64,000 nucleotides of DNA from the human T2T-CHM13v2.0 reference genome, Homo sapiens: NCBI RefSeq assembly GCF_009914755.1, contig NC_060925.1. One strand, 5' to 3'. The position numbers and the translations under genes were made by a program. Below the pieces are notes generated by a model that searched no databases, was not told the origin of the DNA, and saw nothing but the letters and a program-made list of their open reading frames with translations. Shown here in pieces: positions 1-13,865 of this stretch. Position 1 is the stretch's first letter; the number at the start of each line of letters is the position of its first letter.

Positions 1-79
1 GCCTGGCCAACTTTTGCATTTTCAAACATACAAACATAGAATGTGTTTAATGTAAAATTAAATTTTTAAAAAGAACCAT

Positions 80-407
<328 letters not shown>

Positions 408-519
408 TTATATATGGCAACATGTTAGGGCAACATTGATTAAAAACAAAAAAAAAGAATGTTACATTTTTATCTATTTTTTTGTGTGTACTTGAATAGG
501 ATTCATAAAGCATTTTTAA

Positions 520-658
520 AAGTGTATAATCCTGGGGCCCAACCCCAGAAATGGATTCAATAAGTAGCTCAAAGGTGGGGACCAGGATTCTCATTATCAA
601 CAAGGTCCCCAGGTGATTCTGATGCAGGTGATCCATGGACCATACTTGAGACATGCTG
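520..658. mobile_element. MER5A-like hAT-Charlie fragment
   Basis: ccccaggtgattctgatgcag...ggaccatacttgagacatgctg resembles the MER5A end. Confidence 0.65.
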
Positions 659-966
659 TATCAGGGCTGGCGTCTGACCTCAGGCCTGCCACGTGACCTT
701 TGAGCCCCTGGTACAAGAAGTTTGTCAGGATGTCAAGTTCCTTGGATGCTATGCCTCAACCACTTCCACAAGGACCTCTGCTTATATTTGTCCATGCCAA
801 AATGGACCATCCCCGGATATGTACTGTTGAGAACTGCCTTCAAGCCAAGGCCCACCCCTCAGGGGACTGGGGAAAGAAAGAAGAGCAGGCCCAGGTTTGC
901 CTGGGGTGGGGGTAGGGAATCTCGAGCCCAGACAGCCCAACCCACTACCCTGGCCCTTGATCCCAC

Positions 967-1125
967 CTGTTCCCGGGCAGCACTGAACATGGGCTCCTGG
1001 ATGTCCGTGTACATGCGGCGGAGGGCATTATACCCTCCAGGGATGCTCTCAAGGTTGCTCAGGGCCCGGTCCTGGTTCCGCATCATCTCTTGCATCATGG
1101 CTGGATTCCGAGCAAGCTCCATTGT
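967..1125 (-). CDS. UBQLN4: Ubiquilin-4 exon 5 ([39 protein letters not shown]...)
   Basis: 159 nt, atcag/gtggga; conserved ubiquilin segment; cumulative CDS 900 nt in frame; later exons lie outside the window. Confidence 0.97.
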
Positions 1126-1489
1126 CTGATCAAGGGAGAGAGACAAAATGGGCCCCGGAACCAGGGGAGCACCAACCTAGGAAAAGGGTGGGCCTTGAGG
1201 AAGGGGGGTCTGTATCAGGATCAGGACCAGGGCCCAGGAACTGCCCCACAGTGACAGGGAGTAGAGTAAACTGGACTTCCTTCCTCTACTGTAATCTTGG
1301 CTCCAAGCCCGCCTCCCTGTGGGTATTTTGGTTGGCTTTTTCTAGTGGAGGACAATGATCCCAGCTGAAGTGAGGGCAGCAGCTTCCCTCCCTTAGGCTC
1401 AGAGTGTCCAAAGAAGTGTCAGGGTGCACAAGGAAACTGAGTCAGAAGAGACACAGAAAGAAAGGGGAGGAGGCAGAAGAGAAAATTAA

Positions 1490-1716
1490 CATCTACTGAG
1501 AACCTACTGTATATGGGCACAGGGCCAAGTAGCTTACGGAATTCAAGTCATGTAATCTCCACAATAACCATCTCAGGTGTTTATTTCTGTCCCTATTTTG
1601 CAGATGAGCAAATAGGCTCAGAGATGTTAATTGACTTGCTGCCCTGGGACACACAGTCACTGAGTGGTGAAGACAGTGTTCAAAGCCAGGTTGGTTGGTC
1701 TGTCCAAGACCATACT
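1490..1716 (-). mobile_element. MIR
   Basis: MIR core ctattttgcagatgagcaaataggctcagaga. Confidence 0.75.
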
Positions 1717-2756
1717 GTGATTCCTGGTAAATGACTGCAAGTTGGGGAAGGAAAGCGTTCAAGCTGGAATAAAGCTACTGACACCCTGTAATTCCCACCC
1801 CCAAGTCTTTGCTCTGCCTGAACCTTGAGAAACACTGAAGATGGGGGCTTTCTTCTATGGAGCCAATGGCACAATCTCAATAAGGGGTGGCTATGTCAAC
1901 CCCGGGGGAGTTCATCACAGAAAAATAAGTATAACTACTTGTTCCCATTCAACTTGGAATACCTTCCCTCTCCTTCCCAAATGTGCTCCACACTTGCCTT
2001 TTCTAAGACTCCTTTATAACTGATATGCCCAGCTTCCCAGAACTCTGATCTCTTGTTCCGTAATTCATTCATTCAATAAATATTTACTGCATGACTACCA
2101 CGCACCAGGCACTGTTCTAGACAGTGAACAAAACACTCACAAGTCCTTGACCTTACATAAATTATCTTCTGGTGAGTCCAGCACTGGTGTCCACAGCCCT
2201 GCTGGGAAGATCATCTACCTTGGTCCTCTGGTGGAGCGGACCATGAGCTGGAACTCCCAAAGAGCAACATCACAACAGTCTCCCCTGGTTCTCCATTCCC
2301 AACTGGGCCCTGCCCAGCCACAGTGCTCCCCAAACAACCTACTATCTTTCACTCCCAGGCCTTTATATTTGCTGTCCCTCAGCCCTGAATGTTCTTCTTT
2401 CTTTCCCCCTGGTTCGTCTTCCTCCTTTGGGTCTCAGCTCGGTGACATTTCTTAAGGCCTCCTCTAAGCCTTAGGGTAGGGTCAGGAGCTCTTCTCTATG
2501 CTCCTAGAGGATCCCATGATTATCCTTCTGATAGCAATGGCCACATTGTATTCTAATTGCCGGTTTACTTGTCCTACTTCCCTTTGACACCTGGAATTCC
2601 TGAAAAGCTAGGCCTGTCTTTTCATCCCTGTACCTCCAGTGTTCAAAACTGCTGAATACACGAATGAACAAATCAATGTAGGACAAAGTAGGAAAGGCTG
2701 GGCAGGGCACGGCTGGGCACCAGTGTCCTCCAGCTCTCCAGCCCTCTCATACTCAC

Positions 2757-3019
2757 CTGCCTCATGAGTTCAGGGTTATTGAGCATGTGGCTGATCTCAG
2801 GGTTCCGCTCCATCAACTGCTGCATCTGGGGGTTGGCCATAATCATGTGACGCATCAGATCAGGGTTAGACATCATATCCTGGACCAGGGGGTTCTCCAT
2901 GATCTGTGACAGCATCTCAGGATTGGACATCAGCTGCCGCTGCATCTGCTGCTGCAGCTCCATGAAGTTGGCAGAGCCCAGGCCTAGGCTGCCCAGCCCC
3001 AGGATGCCCCCAAAGCCAG
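2757..3019 (-). CDS. UBQLN4: Ubiquilin-4 exon 4 (STI1 motifs, Met/Asn-Pro rich)
   Basis: 263 nt, cacag/gtgagt; [31 protein letters not shown]1 signature. Confidence 0.97.
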
Positions 3020-3575
3020 CTGTGGGAAGGGGGCAGGGTCACAGTCTGCCACAAGAACAGTGTCCTCACTTAGCCAGAGCCACTGAATTCAGATCTCCAG
3101 GACACGCCCCAAATGCTTCTCACATGTCCCTCTTCCTGTCATTCCCACAGCCCGGCCCTGATCCACTGCTGGCAAAAAAATGTGAGCCTACTAGACTGAG
3201 GCTGTGCCAAACATAGAACTGAGCAGAGAGAAGGCAACCAGCAATGGTCTGTTGAATGAGTGGCCCATGTGGCTACTGCTGGATCCAACTTTTCCCCAGA
3301 CTCACAGGGTCTTCCATTCCCTTTACCTAGGGTTCCCCACATCCCCAACCCCATTTCTCCCCTCACTCCTAACCCTTAGCCATGGTCCCCACCTCTGAGA
3401 ACTCCTCAGACTAGTTTCTTCCCCAGCTTGACTCAAGTATCAATGTCTGGAACTCTGTCATGGGGTCCCCTATCCCCATCAGACCAGGAGCAGGAACTCC
3501 TGTTTCTCCCTCCTCTTGGCTTTCCCCAACTCCCCAACCCCAAACAAGATTGTGCTCTCCTCTCTGAGGGCTTAC

Positions 3576-3793
3576 AGAGTATGGACGCAGTAGCACTGGG
3601 GGATCCCTCCCCAGCCCCCGGAGAGGGCCCCCCACCACTGCTCCTCCGGCTTCCACTGCCAGCATCTGAAGAGGCACTGCCAGAGGTGGAGGGCTGGGCA
3701 GGGGTGGCGGGTGAAGCAGGCGTGGTGGAGGGTGCTGAGGCAGGGTCAGGTGTGGAGGGGGAAGAAGCAGTGGCAGCAGCTGGATCTTGAGCC
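3576..3793 (-). CDS. UBQLN4: Ubiquilin-4 exon 3 (Ser/Pro/Ala/Gly-rich linker)
   Basis: ctcag acceptor, gtaagc donor, 218 nt, phase consistent with neighbouring exons. Confidence 0.95.
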
Positions 3794-4171
3794 CTGAGGA
3801 CAGAGAAAGGAGAATCCTGTTGGAGTGAGCACTAGAAGAGGGAAGGTACCGTGACAATCTCTGTGCTTGCTATGGGACAACTATTTTAACCCAAGACCCC
3901 TCCTGAGCAGTCCTGAGGCTGGAGTGGGGTGATGGCGGGAGGGCAGTCAGTAAACCAGCAGAGGGAGAAAGGAGCTAGTATTATCTGTCTTCAGGGCATT
4001 CTGGGAATGGTAAATCAGGTTCCCTTCCCCTAGAGATGAGATCATATTCATCCAGGAGCTACCTGCCTGGGCCTCAGCTTAGGCCCTCTGGGTACAGTTA
4101 AGCAATGAGTGAGAAAGTATCAGATGGGGAGGCCCAATCAGAAGCTGGATCTGCTCTGCTCCTGAACTTAC

Positions 4172-4323
4172 TTCTGAGGGGTCTTGATGACCAGATGGAC
4201 AGTGAGCCCGTCCTTGATTCCGTGCTGGTTCAGTGTGTCCCCATCCTTGAGGATCTTGCCTGCGAAGATCAGGACCAGCTGATCCTGCTGAGCCTTAAAC
4301 CTCCGGGAGATTTCCTCTTTGAA
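4172..4323 (-). CDS. UBQLN4: Ubiquilin-4 exon 2 (UBL domain [27 protein letters not shown]...)
   Basis: cacag acceptor, gtaagt donor, 152 nt; LIFAGKIL ubiquitin-like motif. Confidence 0.97.
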
Positions 4324-4800
4324 CTGTGATCAAGAGGCAGAGGTCACTGTGGAGGCTGCCTGGACTCCCCCTACCAGGGACCCTGACTCTTTTTCAACAC
4401 CTTCTGCACTCTCTTGCTCTCATCTCTAGTCATGGGAAGTCCTTTCTGTAGTCTCGACGCCATTCCTCCAGCTGCAATAAGCATCTCCTTTCTTAACAAA
4501 GGAGATGAACCAGTGAGAGGCTCTTCTCTCAGCTCCATCCCAGAGTCTCCCACCCTAGAAAGCCCTTGCTGCTATCTGCCTCCCAGCTTCAGTCCCTCCA
4601 CCTAGTTCTCTGTAAGGCAGAGCAGCCTCCCATCCCAACTCCTTCAACAGCTTTGGACCTTCAGCCTTCTGAGACCCAATTTTCTCTCCTCTCTATTCCC
4701 AGTATTCTCTTAACAACTACAACAAATAGATGCCAGTTATTGAGCACTACCTATTCACCAGTTAAAGATATAGTATATTGTTATTTTCATTTTATTATTA

Positions 4801-5213
<413 letters not shown>

Positions 5214-6059
5214 TGAGAGCCGTTTTCAAATTCAGCTTTGTAGGGAACATACAGTATTTAAATTCTGAAATTTAGTAATTCTATGTGGTTAGGGAGGGAG
5301 CAAGGATGGAGTTAGACTTCCCAAATTCTACCAGCCCCTCCAAAACACAACACAAAACAAAACACAACACACACTTTAAGTAAAAACAGTGCACTTGTTA
5401 AGCAGAGGCTGCTTCCAGATCCCTCTCTTCCAACCAGATGGCCTATCTTAAGCCCCGCCTATGTGAAATTATGGAGCGGCCACAGGGGGTGGCGAACACA
5501 GGCAACAGTCCGTCATTCAACAAGATTTTATTGAGCACCTACTGCACACCGTGTAAATCTCAGAAGAGCTGAGAACCAAATGTAACCACGTCGATTTGAA
5601 AGAGTGGGAAGGATCTGGGCACAGGGAAATCCTCCCCCGACAGCCCCGTCGCTCAGAGAACACTGGGCGTTCTCTGAGGCACAGAGTAGGCGCCGGCGCT
5701 CTCCGCCTGCCCCCGGCCCGTTCTCTCAGTTAGCACCTAGCCCGGGCCCCCACTCCGGCACACTCCCCTCAAACCCAGGGTCCTTCCCCCTTCCCGGTGC
5801 AAGGTGTCCCCTCCTCACTCTCCACCACGCCCCCAGGCCACAAGGCAAAACCCGCCCCTCAACACGCGCCACGCTCCCCCAGATCTCCCCTCGCAGGGCG
5901 CCCCCTACCCGCCTCTCCTTGCCTTCAGCTCCTCGGAGTCCCAGCCGGCCCCCGCCCTCCTCTCCGGGGCCCTCCGGGACGCCGGACCGTCAGAGAGGCC
6001 CCCCATCTCTTCGCAGACCCCTCCTCCGCGCTCCCCCCGCCCCCCGCCTGCTGTACTAC

Positions 6060-6167
6060 CTCCTTGACCGAGGCTCGATCGCAGATCACAATTTCCTCCT
6101 TGTCCTTGGGGGTCTTGACGGTGACCCGAATGGGGGGCCTCGTCTCGGCCCCGCTCGGCTCCGCCAT
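6060..6167 (-). CDS. UBQLN4: Ubiquilin-4 coding exon 1 (MAEPSGAETRPPIRVTVKTPKDKEEIVICDRASVKE; start of UBL domain)
   Basis: ATG at 6167 (ggcATGg), 108 nt, GT donor at 6059-6058; ubiquilin N-terminus recognised. Confidence 0.97.
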
Positions 6168-7355
6168 GCCGCCGCCGCCACCCGGCCGCCCGCCAGCCCG
6201 CCCGGCTCCTCCTCCTCCCCGCCCGCCCGGCCGGCCCGGCTCGGCTTCTGCGCCTCCAACACTCCCCTCTCTCCACCTCTCCCCTCCCCTCCCCTCCCCT
6301 CCTCTCTCCTCCCCTCCCCTCCCCGAGGCTTCACCGCCCCCTCCGGACCAGCCGCAGCCACAGCGCCCCGGGCGGACCGGGGGGGCCACTGCAGCGGGGT
6401 CCGCCCAGGGCCAAGCCCCAGGTCCGGAGCCCGGCCAGGGTCTCGCCAGGCGGGGGCCCCTGGGGGGCCTCTGGGAGGGGGAAGGGGCGTGCCCTTCATT
6501 GCGGGGGCGAGGGCGGACTGCCCCGGGAGACCGCGACCCAACGCTGCCCGCCCGAGCCGTGCCGCGGTCCCCTCCAGCCCAAAGCCTCCCCGCCCCCTCC
6601 GCGGCTAACTCGGCTCCGGGACAAAGGACTTTCTGTGTCGCCGCTTTATCTCCGTTCCCTGTGATAACTTGGTCTTTCTTGGAAGCCCAAGTCCCTTCCA
6701 GGCCAGGGGACTTTCCCGACTTGGAGGTTGGGTTTTCCCACCAAGCACGTCCACCTAGGTTCTCAGCTCTGGGACTGACCCTATAGCCCCGAGGGTCGCG
6801 GCCTGAATGGTCTATTAAGAACGGTTCCAGGGAGCTGGGTTTTGGCTGCGTGGCCTTTCAGAGCCTTGGTTTCCTCAAGATAATAATAATAGTACCTCTC
6901 GCCTCATCGCACAGAATTGTGCATAACGGAGAAAACTGTTTTGAAAGTAACCAAAGGCGTGCCTGACAAATATGAGGATGTAGTATAATTATTGAATCGT
7001 GGACTGCCAAGCGGACACGTTGATTCCTTTCTCCCCGAAGGGGTTAAATGTCCTTCCAGCGCTGCTGCTGTCCTTTCACTCCCGTTCTTTTCCGCCCCCC
7101 AACAACCGCGTGGTCGGCTTGGAAAGGCGAACTATAATTCCCAGGGTGCCTCGCGAGGCCACAAAGAACTACGATTCCCAGAGCCCCCCGCGGTGGGGCG
7201 GGGTTGAGTCGGAACCACAATAGCCAGGCGAAGAAACTACAACTCCCAGGGCGTCCCGGAGCAGGCCAACGGGACTACGGGAAGCAGCGGGCAGCGGCCC
7301 GCGGGAGGCACCTCGGAGATCTGGGTGCAAAAGCCCAGGGTTAGGAACCGTAGGC

Positions 7356-7423
7356 ATGCTGCGCCCCAAGGCTTTGACCCAGGTGCTAAGCCAAGCCAAC
7401 ACTGGAGGCGTCCAGAGCACCCT
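7356..7423 (+). CDS. LAMTOR2: Ragulator subunit LAMTOR2 (p14) coding exon 1 (MLRPKALTQVLSQANTGGVQSTL)
   Basis: ATG 7356, 68 nt, gtgagt donor. Confidence 0.97.
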
Positions 7424-7728
7424 GTGAGTGCAGACCACGGACCCGAGCGGCGAGCGCTGCAGTGGGGCGGCGCGCGGCTCCCTGAGGGAGGGGTGGGGAA
7501 GGATCACCAGGAAGGGAGGAAGCGGCAGAGGGGGCAGCGGCTGGGGATACCGGCCGGGAGGTCCCCTGTCGAAAAGGGAAGCCGGTGTGCTGGGTGCTTA
7601 GGGCATGTTCCGGGACACGCTCAGGCCAGAGCCTTGCTGGATGTGCCCTTGGTGGGACTTGGGATGGAAACCCAGACGTTTTACTCCCCGCTCTGAGCAC
7701 ATCGCTATCCCTCCCCGCCCCTCACCAG

Positions 7729-7891
7729 GCTGCTGAATAACGAGGGATCACTGCTGGCCTACTCTGGTTATGGGGACACTGACGCCCGGGTCACCGCTGC
7801 CATAGCCAGTAACATCTGGGCCGCCTACGACCGGAACGGGAACCAAGCGTTTAATGAAGACAATCTCAAATTCATCCTCATGGACTGCATG
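7729..7891 (+). CDS. LAMTOR2: LAMTOR2 exon 2 (roadblock domain [30 protein letters not shown]...)
   Basis: accag acceptor, gtatgg donor, 163 nt. Confidence 0.97.
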
Positions 7892-8419
7892 GTATGGAGA
7901 GGGGAGCCAGACTTCCCCTGTCCCCCAAAGGGGATCCCAAGGGGGCGACCTGGACCCCATCCTGGATGGTTGGAGGGGCAGGGACAGGATCTCCGGAAGA
8001 TTACTAAGAGTTGGTCTGCAGCAGCATTTGTAATAGGCAGGACCCTATTCATCAAGTGGTGGTGAGGAAGGATCCCTGGACCTGAGAGGTCTGACTTGGG
8101 TTCTGGTCTCAGCCATCCACTTATCAGTTGTGGAACCTTGGGTAAGTCGCTTAACCTCTCTCAGCTTCCTTACCTCATGTTTAAGGAGAAGACAATAATT
8201 TCCCTCTCCCCGCTCCCCTCATGGGTTGTTGTGAAGGTCAGATGAAATAATGGGTATAAACAGTAGAATGACGTGCAAACACAAAGTGTTGTCATCCCAG
8301 TTTCACCGACTCACAGAACCATGGCAGTCTCCAGACCCTAGTCCAACCCCTTAAGCTTTCAAAGAAAGGAAAATGAAGTCCAGAAAGGGGAAGTCACCAT
8401 TAGATTGTGAACTTCTTAG

Positions 8420-9100
8420 TATCTGTTCGGTCGACAAGTATTTAGGTCCTTGCAGTATTCTCAGGACTAGGGAAAAAATAGCAAACAGAAAGACAAAACC
8501 CCCAGCCCTAATAAATCTTACACAGTGATACAATCACGGCTCACTGCAGCCTCGACCTCCCTGGGCTCAGGTGATCCTCCTGCCCCAGCCTCCTGAGTAG
8601 CCGGGACTACAGACATGCACCACCACACCTCGCTAATTTTTGCATTTTTCCAGAGACTGGGTTTTGCCATGTTGCCCAGGCTGGTCTCAAACTCCTGGCT
8701 CAAGCGATCTACCCACGTTGGCCTCCCAAAGTGCTGGGATTACAGGCGTGAGTCACTGTGCCTGGCCACATTTTTTAAAATAAGTAAAATATATAGTATA
8801 TATTAGGTATTGAAAATGCAATGGAGAGAAAGCAGGGAAGTGAAAGAGTATGAGTTTGTTGGGTGTATGTGTCAGGGACAGTCTCACTGAAAAGGTGACA
8901 TTTGATCAATGATCTGAAGAAAGGTGGGGGACAAGCCATGTGGTTATCTGAGGGAAGAATATTTTGGACAGAACAGCAAGTACCAAGGCCCTGAGGCAGA
9001 ATTATGCCTGCTCAAGGATCAACAGGGTTGGTTGGTATGGCTGGAGTTACGTGAGATGGAGGAGGGTAGTAGGAGATGAGGTCAGAGAGGCAGGGAGTGC
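8420..9100. mobile_element. L2 fragment interrupted by a partial antisense AluJ (~8530-8767)
   Basis: L2-like aaggtgacatttga...aggagatgaggtcagagagg; Alu consensus within. Confidence 0.7.
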
Positions 9101-9309
9101 AGTGCTTGGTTCCTGGCATACAATAAATACCTAGTAAAAGTTTGCTGAACTTACTTTTGTTTTTTTCAAATTGGCCAGAAGGTGAACTCTCCAGGAAGGA
9201 TCTTCATTGTAACTCAACTGCCTACTCTCCCCTACCCCCTGCACAACCAATGCCATTTTTAGTTCAACATATGACTCCTACTGGATGCCTAGAGCTGGTG
9301 CTATAGGGC

Positions 9310-10020
<711 letters not shown>

Positions 10021-10443
10021 ACCATGGGAAAAGAGGAGAAATACCAGTTGGGTTACCACTCCCATGCCCCTCTCAGTGTCTGTGGGGTGAGCTCACAGTA
10101 ATAACATCACTCATTTGGACAACTGTTGGCAGATATGAAATTTCATGGTATTAGCACCCTCACCAACTGGGATGAGGTAGGGATTACAGAAAGAAAAACT
10201 GAATTTCTGAGAGACTAAGTTTCCTAGAGTAACATGGTTAGTAGGTGGCTGTGCTGAGGCTGGAACCTGGGCTCAGAACCCCATGTTCAGGGCTGTGGCC
10301 AAAAGCTTTTCCGCTGAACTTCCTGCTGTGCCCAGGGCATGGGAGGAAGATATAGTCTCTCTGGGGCCAGAGAAGCCTTTGGGGAAGGAGGGTGCTAAGG
10401 GTGCCAAGCAGAACATCACATCCCATCATATCACCCCCACCAG

Positions 10444-10533
10444 GAGGGCCGTGTAGCCATCACCCGAGTGGCCAACCTTCTGCTGTGTATGTATGCCAAG
10501 GAGACCGTGGGCTTTGGAATGCTCAAGGCCAAG
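10444..10533 (+). CDS. LAMTOR2: LAMTOR2 exon 3 ([30 protein letters not shown])
   Basis: 90 nt, phase 0/0, cag/gtgtgt. Confidence 0.97.
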
Positions 10534-10780
10534 GTGTGTATGTGCCCATCCCTCCATAGCCCTGGGCCCAGCCTTCGTGCTTCTACACTGTGTTCACTCC
10601 CACCAGGACCCTGTTTCTAGAGTTCTCATGTCTACTCAGTCCATTTCTGGTGTGGGCCAGCTCCCAAGAGCAGGTGGGGGTTGGGGGCTGGTTGCTTCCT
10701 ATGGCACTGGGAGCAGACCTGGATTTGGGGTCCCTAATGCCAGGCTGTGTGCGGGACTGATCTCTGTTCTCCCTCTGCAG

Positions 10781-10837
10781 GCCCAGGCTTTGGTGCAGTA
10801 CCTGGAGGAGCCCCTCACCCAAGTGGCGGCATCTTAA
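10781..10837 (+). CDS. LAMTOR2: LAMTOR2 exon 4 (AQALVQYLEEPLTQVAAS*)
   Basis: ctgcag acceptor, TAA 10835-10837; total CDS 378 nt = 125 aa. Confidence 0.97.
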   Translation, partial: AQALVQYLEEPLTQVAAS

Positions 10838-10951
10838 CGGCATTGGTGGAAGCTGGGGTCAGAAAAGAGAAATGACCATTTGGAGGGGCGGGGCCTCCTA
10901 GAAGAACCTTCTTAGACAATGGGGGGAGGATGGGACTTTGTTTTTTCCAAG

Positions 10952-10957
10952 AATAAA
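10952..10957 (+). terminator. LAMTOR2 polyadenylation signal AATAAA
   Basis: Canonical hexamer ~115 nt after the stop, followed by GT/T-rich sequence. Confidence 0.85.
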
Positions 10958-11322
10958 CTTCAACTCCTGTCATGTGTCTTGGCTACTTTCTTGGATGGGA
11001 GGAATCAGAGAAGATAGGAAGAAGCAGGCATCGCTTCTAGGATTCCTCATGTTCTGCAAGGATGGACTTCTACCCACCCCTTCACCATGACCTTCTGCGA
11101 ACAATGGTTCTTGGCAGTTACGCCAAATAGTCCTTGTCCTCACCAATGGCATGACCTCACCTAGACCCTGCTGCTCAGAACAGAGTCTTACCCACCTCAT
11201 AGGCAAAACTGGGAGTGAGCTCAGAGGTGCAAGGGTCTGGTGGGGGTTGTGTTGCACAGAGAATATAAAGGCCCTGAGAGGTTAGTGTCTATCATTTCAG
11301 GTTTGGGGGCGTGCGTGCCTTT

Positions 11323-11635
11323 TATTTTTTTGAGAGGGTCTCCCTCTGTTGCCCAGGCTGTAATGCAGTGACACAATCTCAGCTCACTGCAGGCTCAAGT
11401 GATTCCACCTCAGCCTCCCGAGTTGCCTGGATTATAGGCACACACCATCATGCCTGGCTAATTTTTGGGTTTTTGTTTTTTGTGTTTTTTAGGGGTTTTT
11501 TTTGTTGTTTTTGTTGTTTTTGGTAGAGATGAGGTCTCAATATGTTGCTCAGGCTGTTCTCCAACTTCTGGGCTCAAGCCATCCTCCTGCCTCCCAAAGT
11601 GCTGGGATTACAGATATGAACCACTTCGACTGGCC
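11323..11635 (-). mobile_element. AluJ
   Basis: Diverged antisense Alu dimer. Confidence 0.9.
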
Positions 11636-12226
11636 AGTGAGTGCCTTTTCTATTCTTGGGGTTGGGAGGGTGCCCCTAACAGCCTAGAACAAGCTATCCC
11701 TTTCTTCTTCTTCCAGGTGTTTATGTGCTTACACAGACCCTCCCCAGATCTTGAAGCCCTTTGTAGACAAGAGGCCTTTGCTGTGAGGCCTCAGGTCCTG
11801 TACAGGGAGTAGAAGTAACCCAGACCTCCCAAAGGCCTTCATCTCCAGACCCTGCTCCTACACTCAGACCACTCACCCCAGCTGTCTGTTTCTGCCCCAG
11901 GTCTCTGCCTACCCAATATCCTTAAAGCAGGTCTGTATAGGGAGCTACCAGCCCCCTTCCCCAGTGCCATATAAAGGAACCCATCCCAGAGAAGTGGGTA
12001 GGTTTCGAGTCCCAGCTCCACCCAAGATGAGAAACACTGCCCATCCCAGGCCCTGGGCTGTCAAGGAAGGGCAGAAGTTACTGTGGCCATGATACTCCCA
12101 CAGCTCTGCATTGCAGCAGGGTGACTGGTGTTCTATCAGCCCCTGGTCTAATATCCCTTACTCTGGTTCCCCCAGTGTACCCCCCTACCAGCTCTGAAGG
12201 AAAAGCAGGCCAAGTGGGTTTCTTCC

Positions 12227-13353
<1,127 letters not shown>

Positions 13354-13539
13354 TCAAGTGGGTTTCTGAGGGGCTATTTCTTGCTCATTAGTTGGGGGAC
13401 CGGCCCTCACCACAGATTCCAGAAGCCCAGCAATGCACACTCAGCCCTCAGTGGGCTGTCTCTGAAGGTCCTGTCCCTTTTTCGCTTCCCCCCAGCTGGA
13501 GCTGCTTCTCCCGCTTGCGGGAGCCCAGGCTGAGAGCAG

Positions 13540-13865
13540 ACACCCAACCTGTCGAACCTGTCTGACGTCATCATCTCTCCACCCACCTGGGCCCCAGGTC
13601 TCCAGCCACCCCGCTCTTCCTGTTCTCAGCTTCCGTCCTCTCTGCTTCCTTACAGCACCCCCACCTGCCAGAGCTGATCCTCCCTAGGCCCTGCCTAACC
13701 TTGAGTTGGCCCCCAATCCCTCTGGCTGCAGAAGTCCCCTTACCCCCAATGAGAGGAGGGGCAGGACCAGATCTTTTGAGAGCTGAGGGTTGAGGGCATT
13801 GAGCCAACACACAGATTTGTCGCCTCTGTCCCCGAAGACACCTGCACCCTCCATGCGGAGCCAAG
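13540..13865 (+). promoter_or_regulatory. RAB25 proximal promoter / 5' leader
   Basis: Full CRE TGACGTCA 13563-13570, tandem AACCTGTC 13546-13562, CACCTG at 13584, 13662 and 13839, directly upstream of ATG 13866. Confidence 0.75.

Larger units (their letters stand above)
5640..7850. promoter_or_regulatory. CpG island / bidirectional promoter of UBQLN4 and LAMTOR2
   Basis: High CpG density, divergent ATGs at 6167 and 7356, ZNF143-type motifs 7131-7253, GGGACTTTCC at 6707-6716. Confidence 0.9.

Noticed and set aside
5604-6786. Two long + strand ORFs (334 and 329 aa) antisense to UBQLN4 exon 1
   Set aside because: GTG starts, Pro/Arg/Gly low-complexity products, explained by stop-codon scarcity in a CpG island
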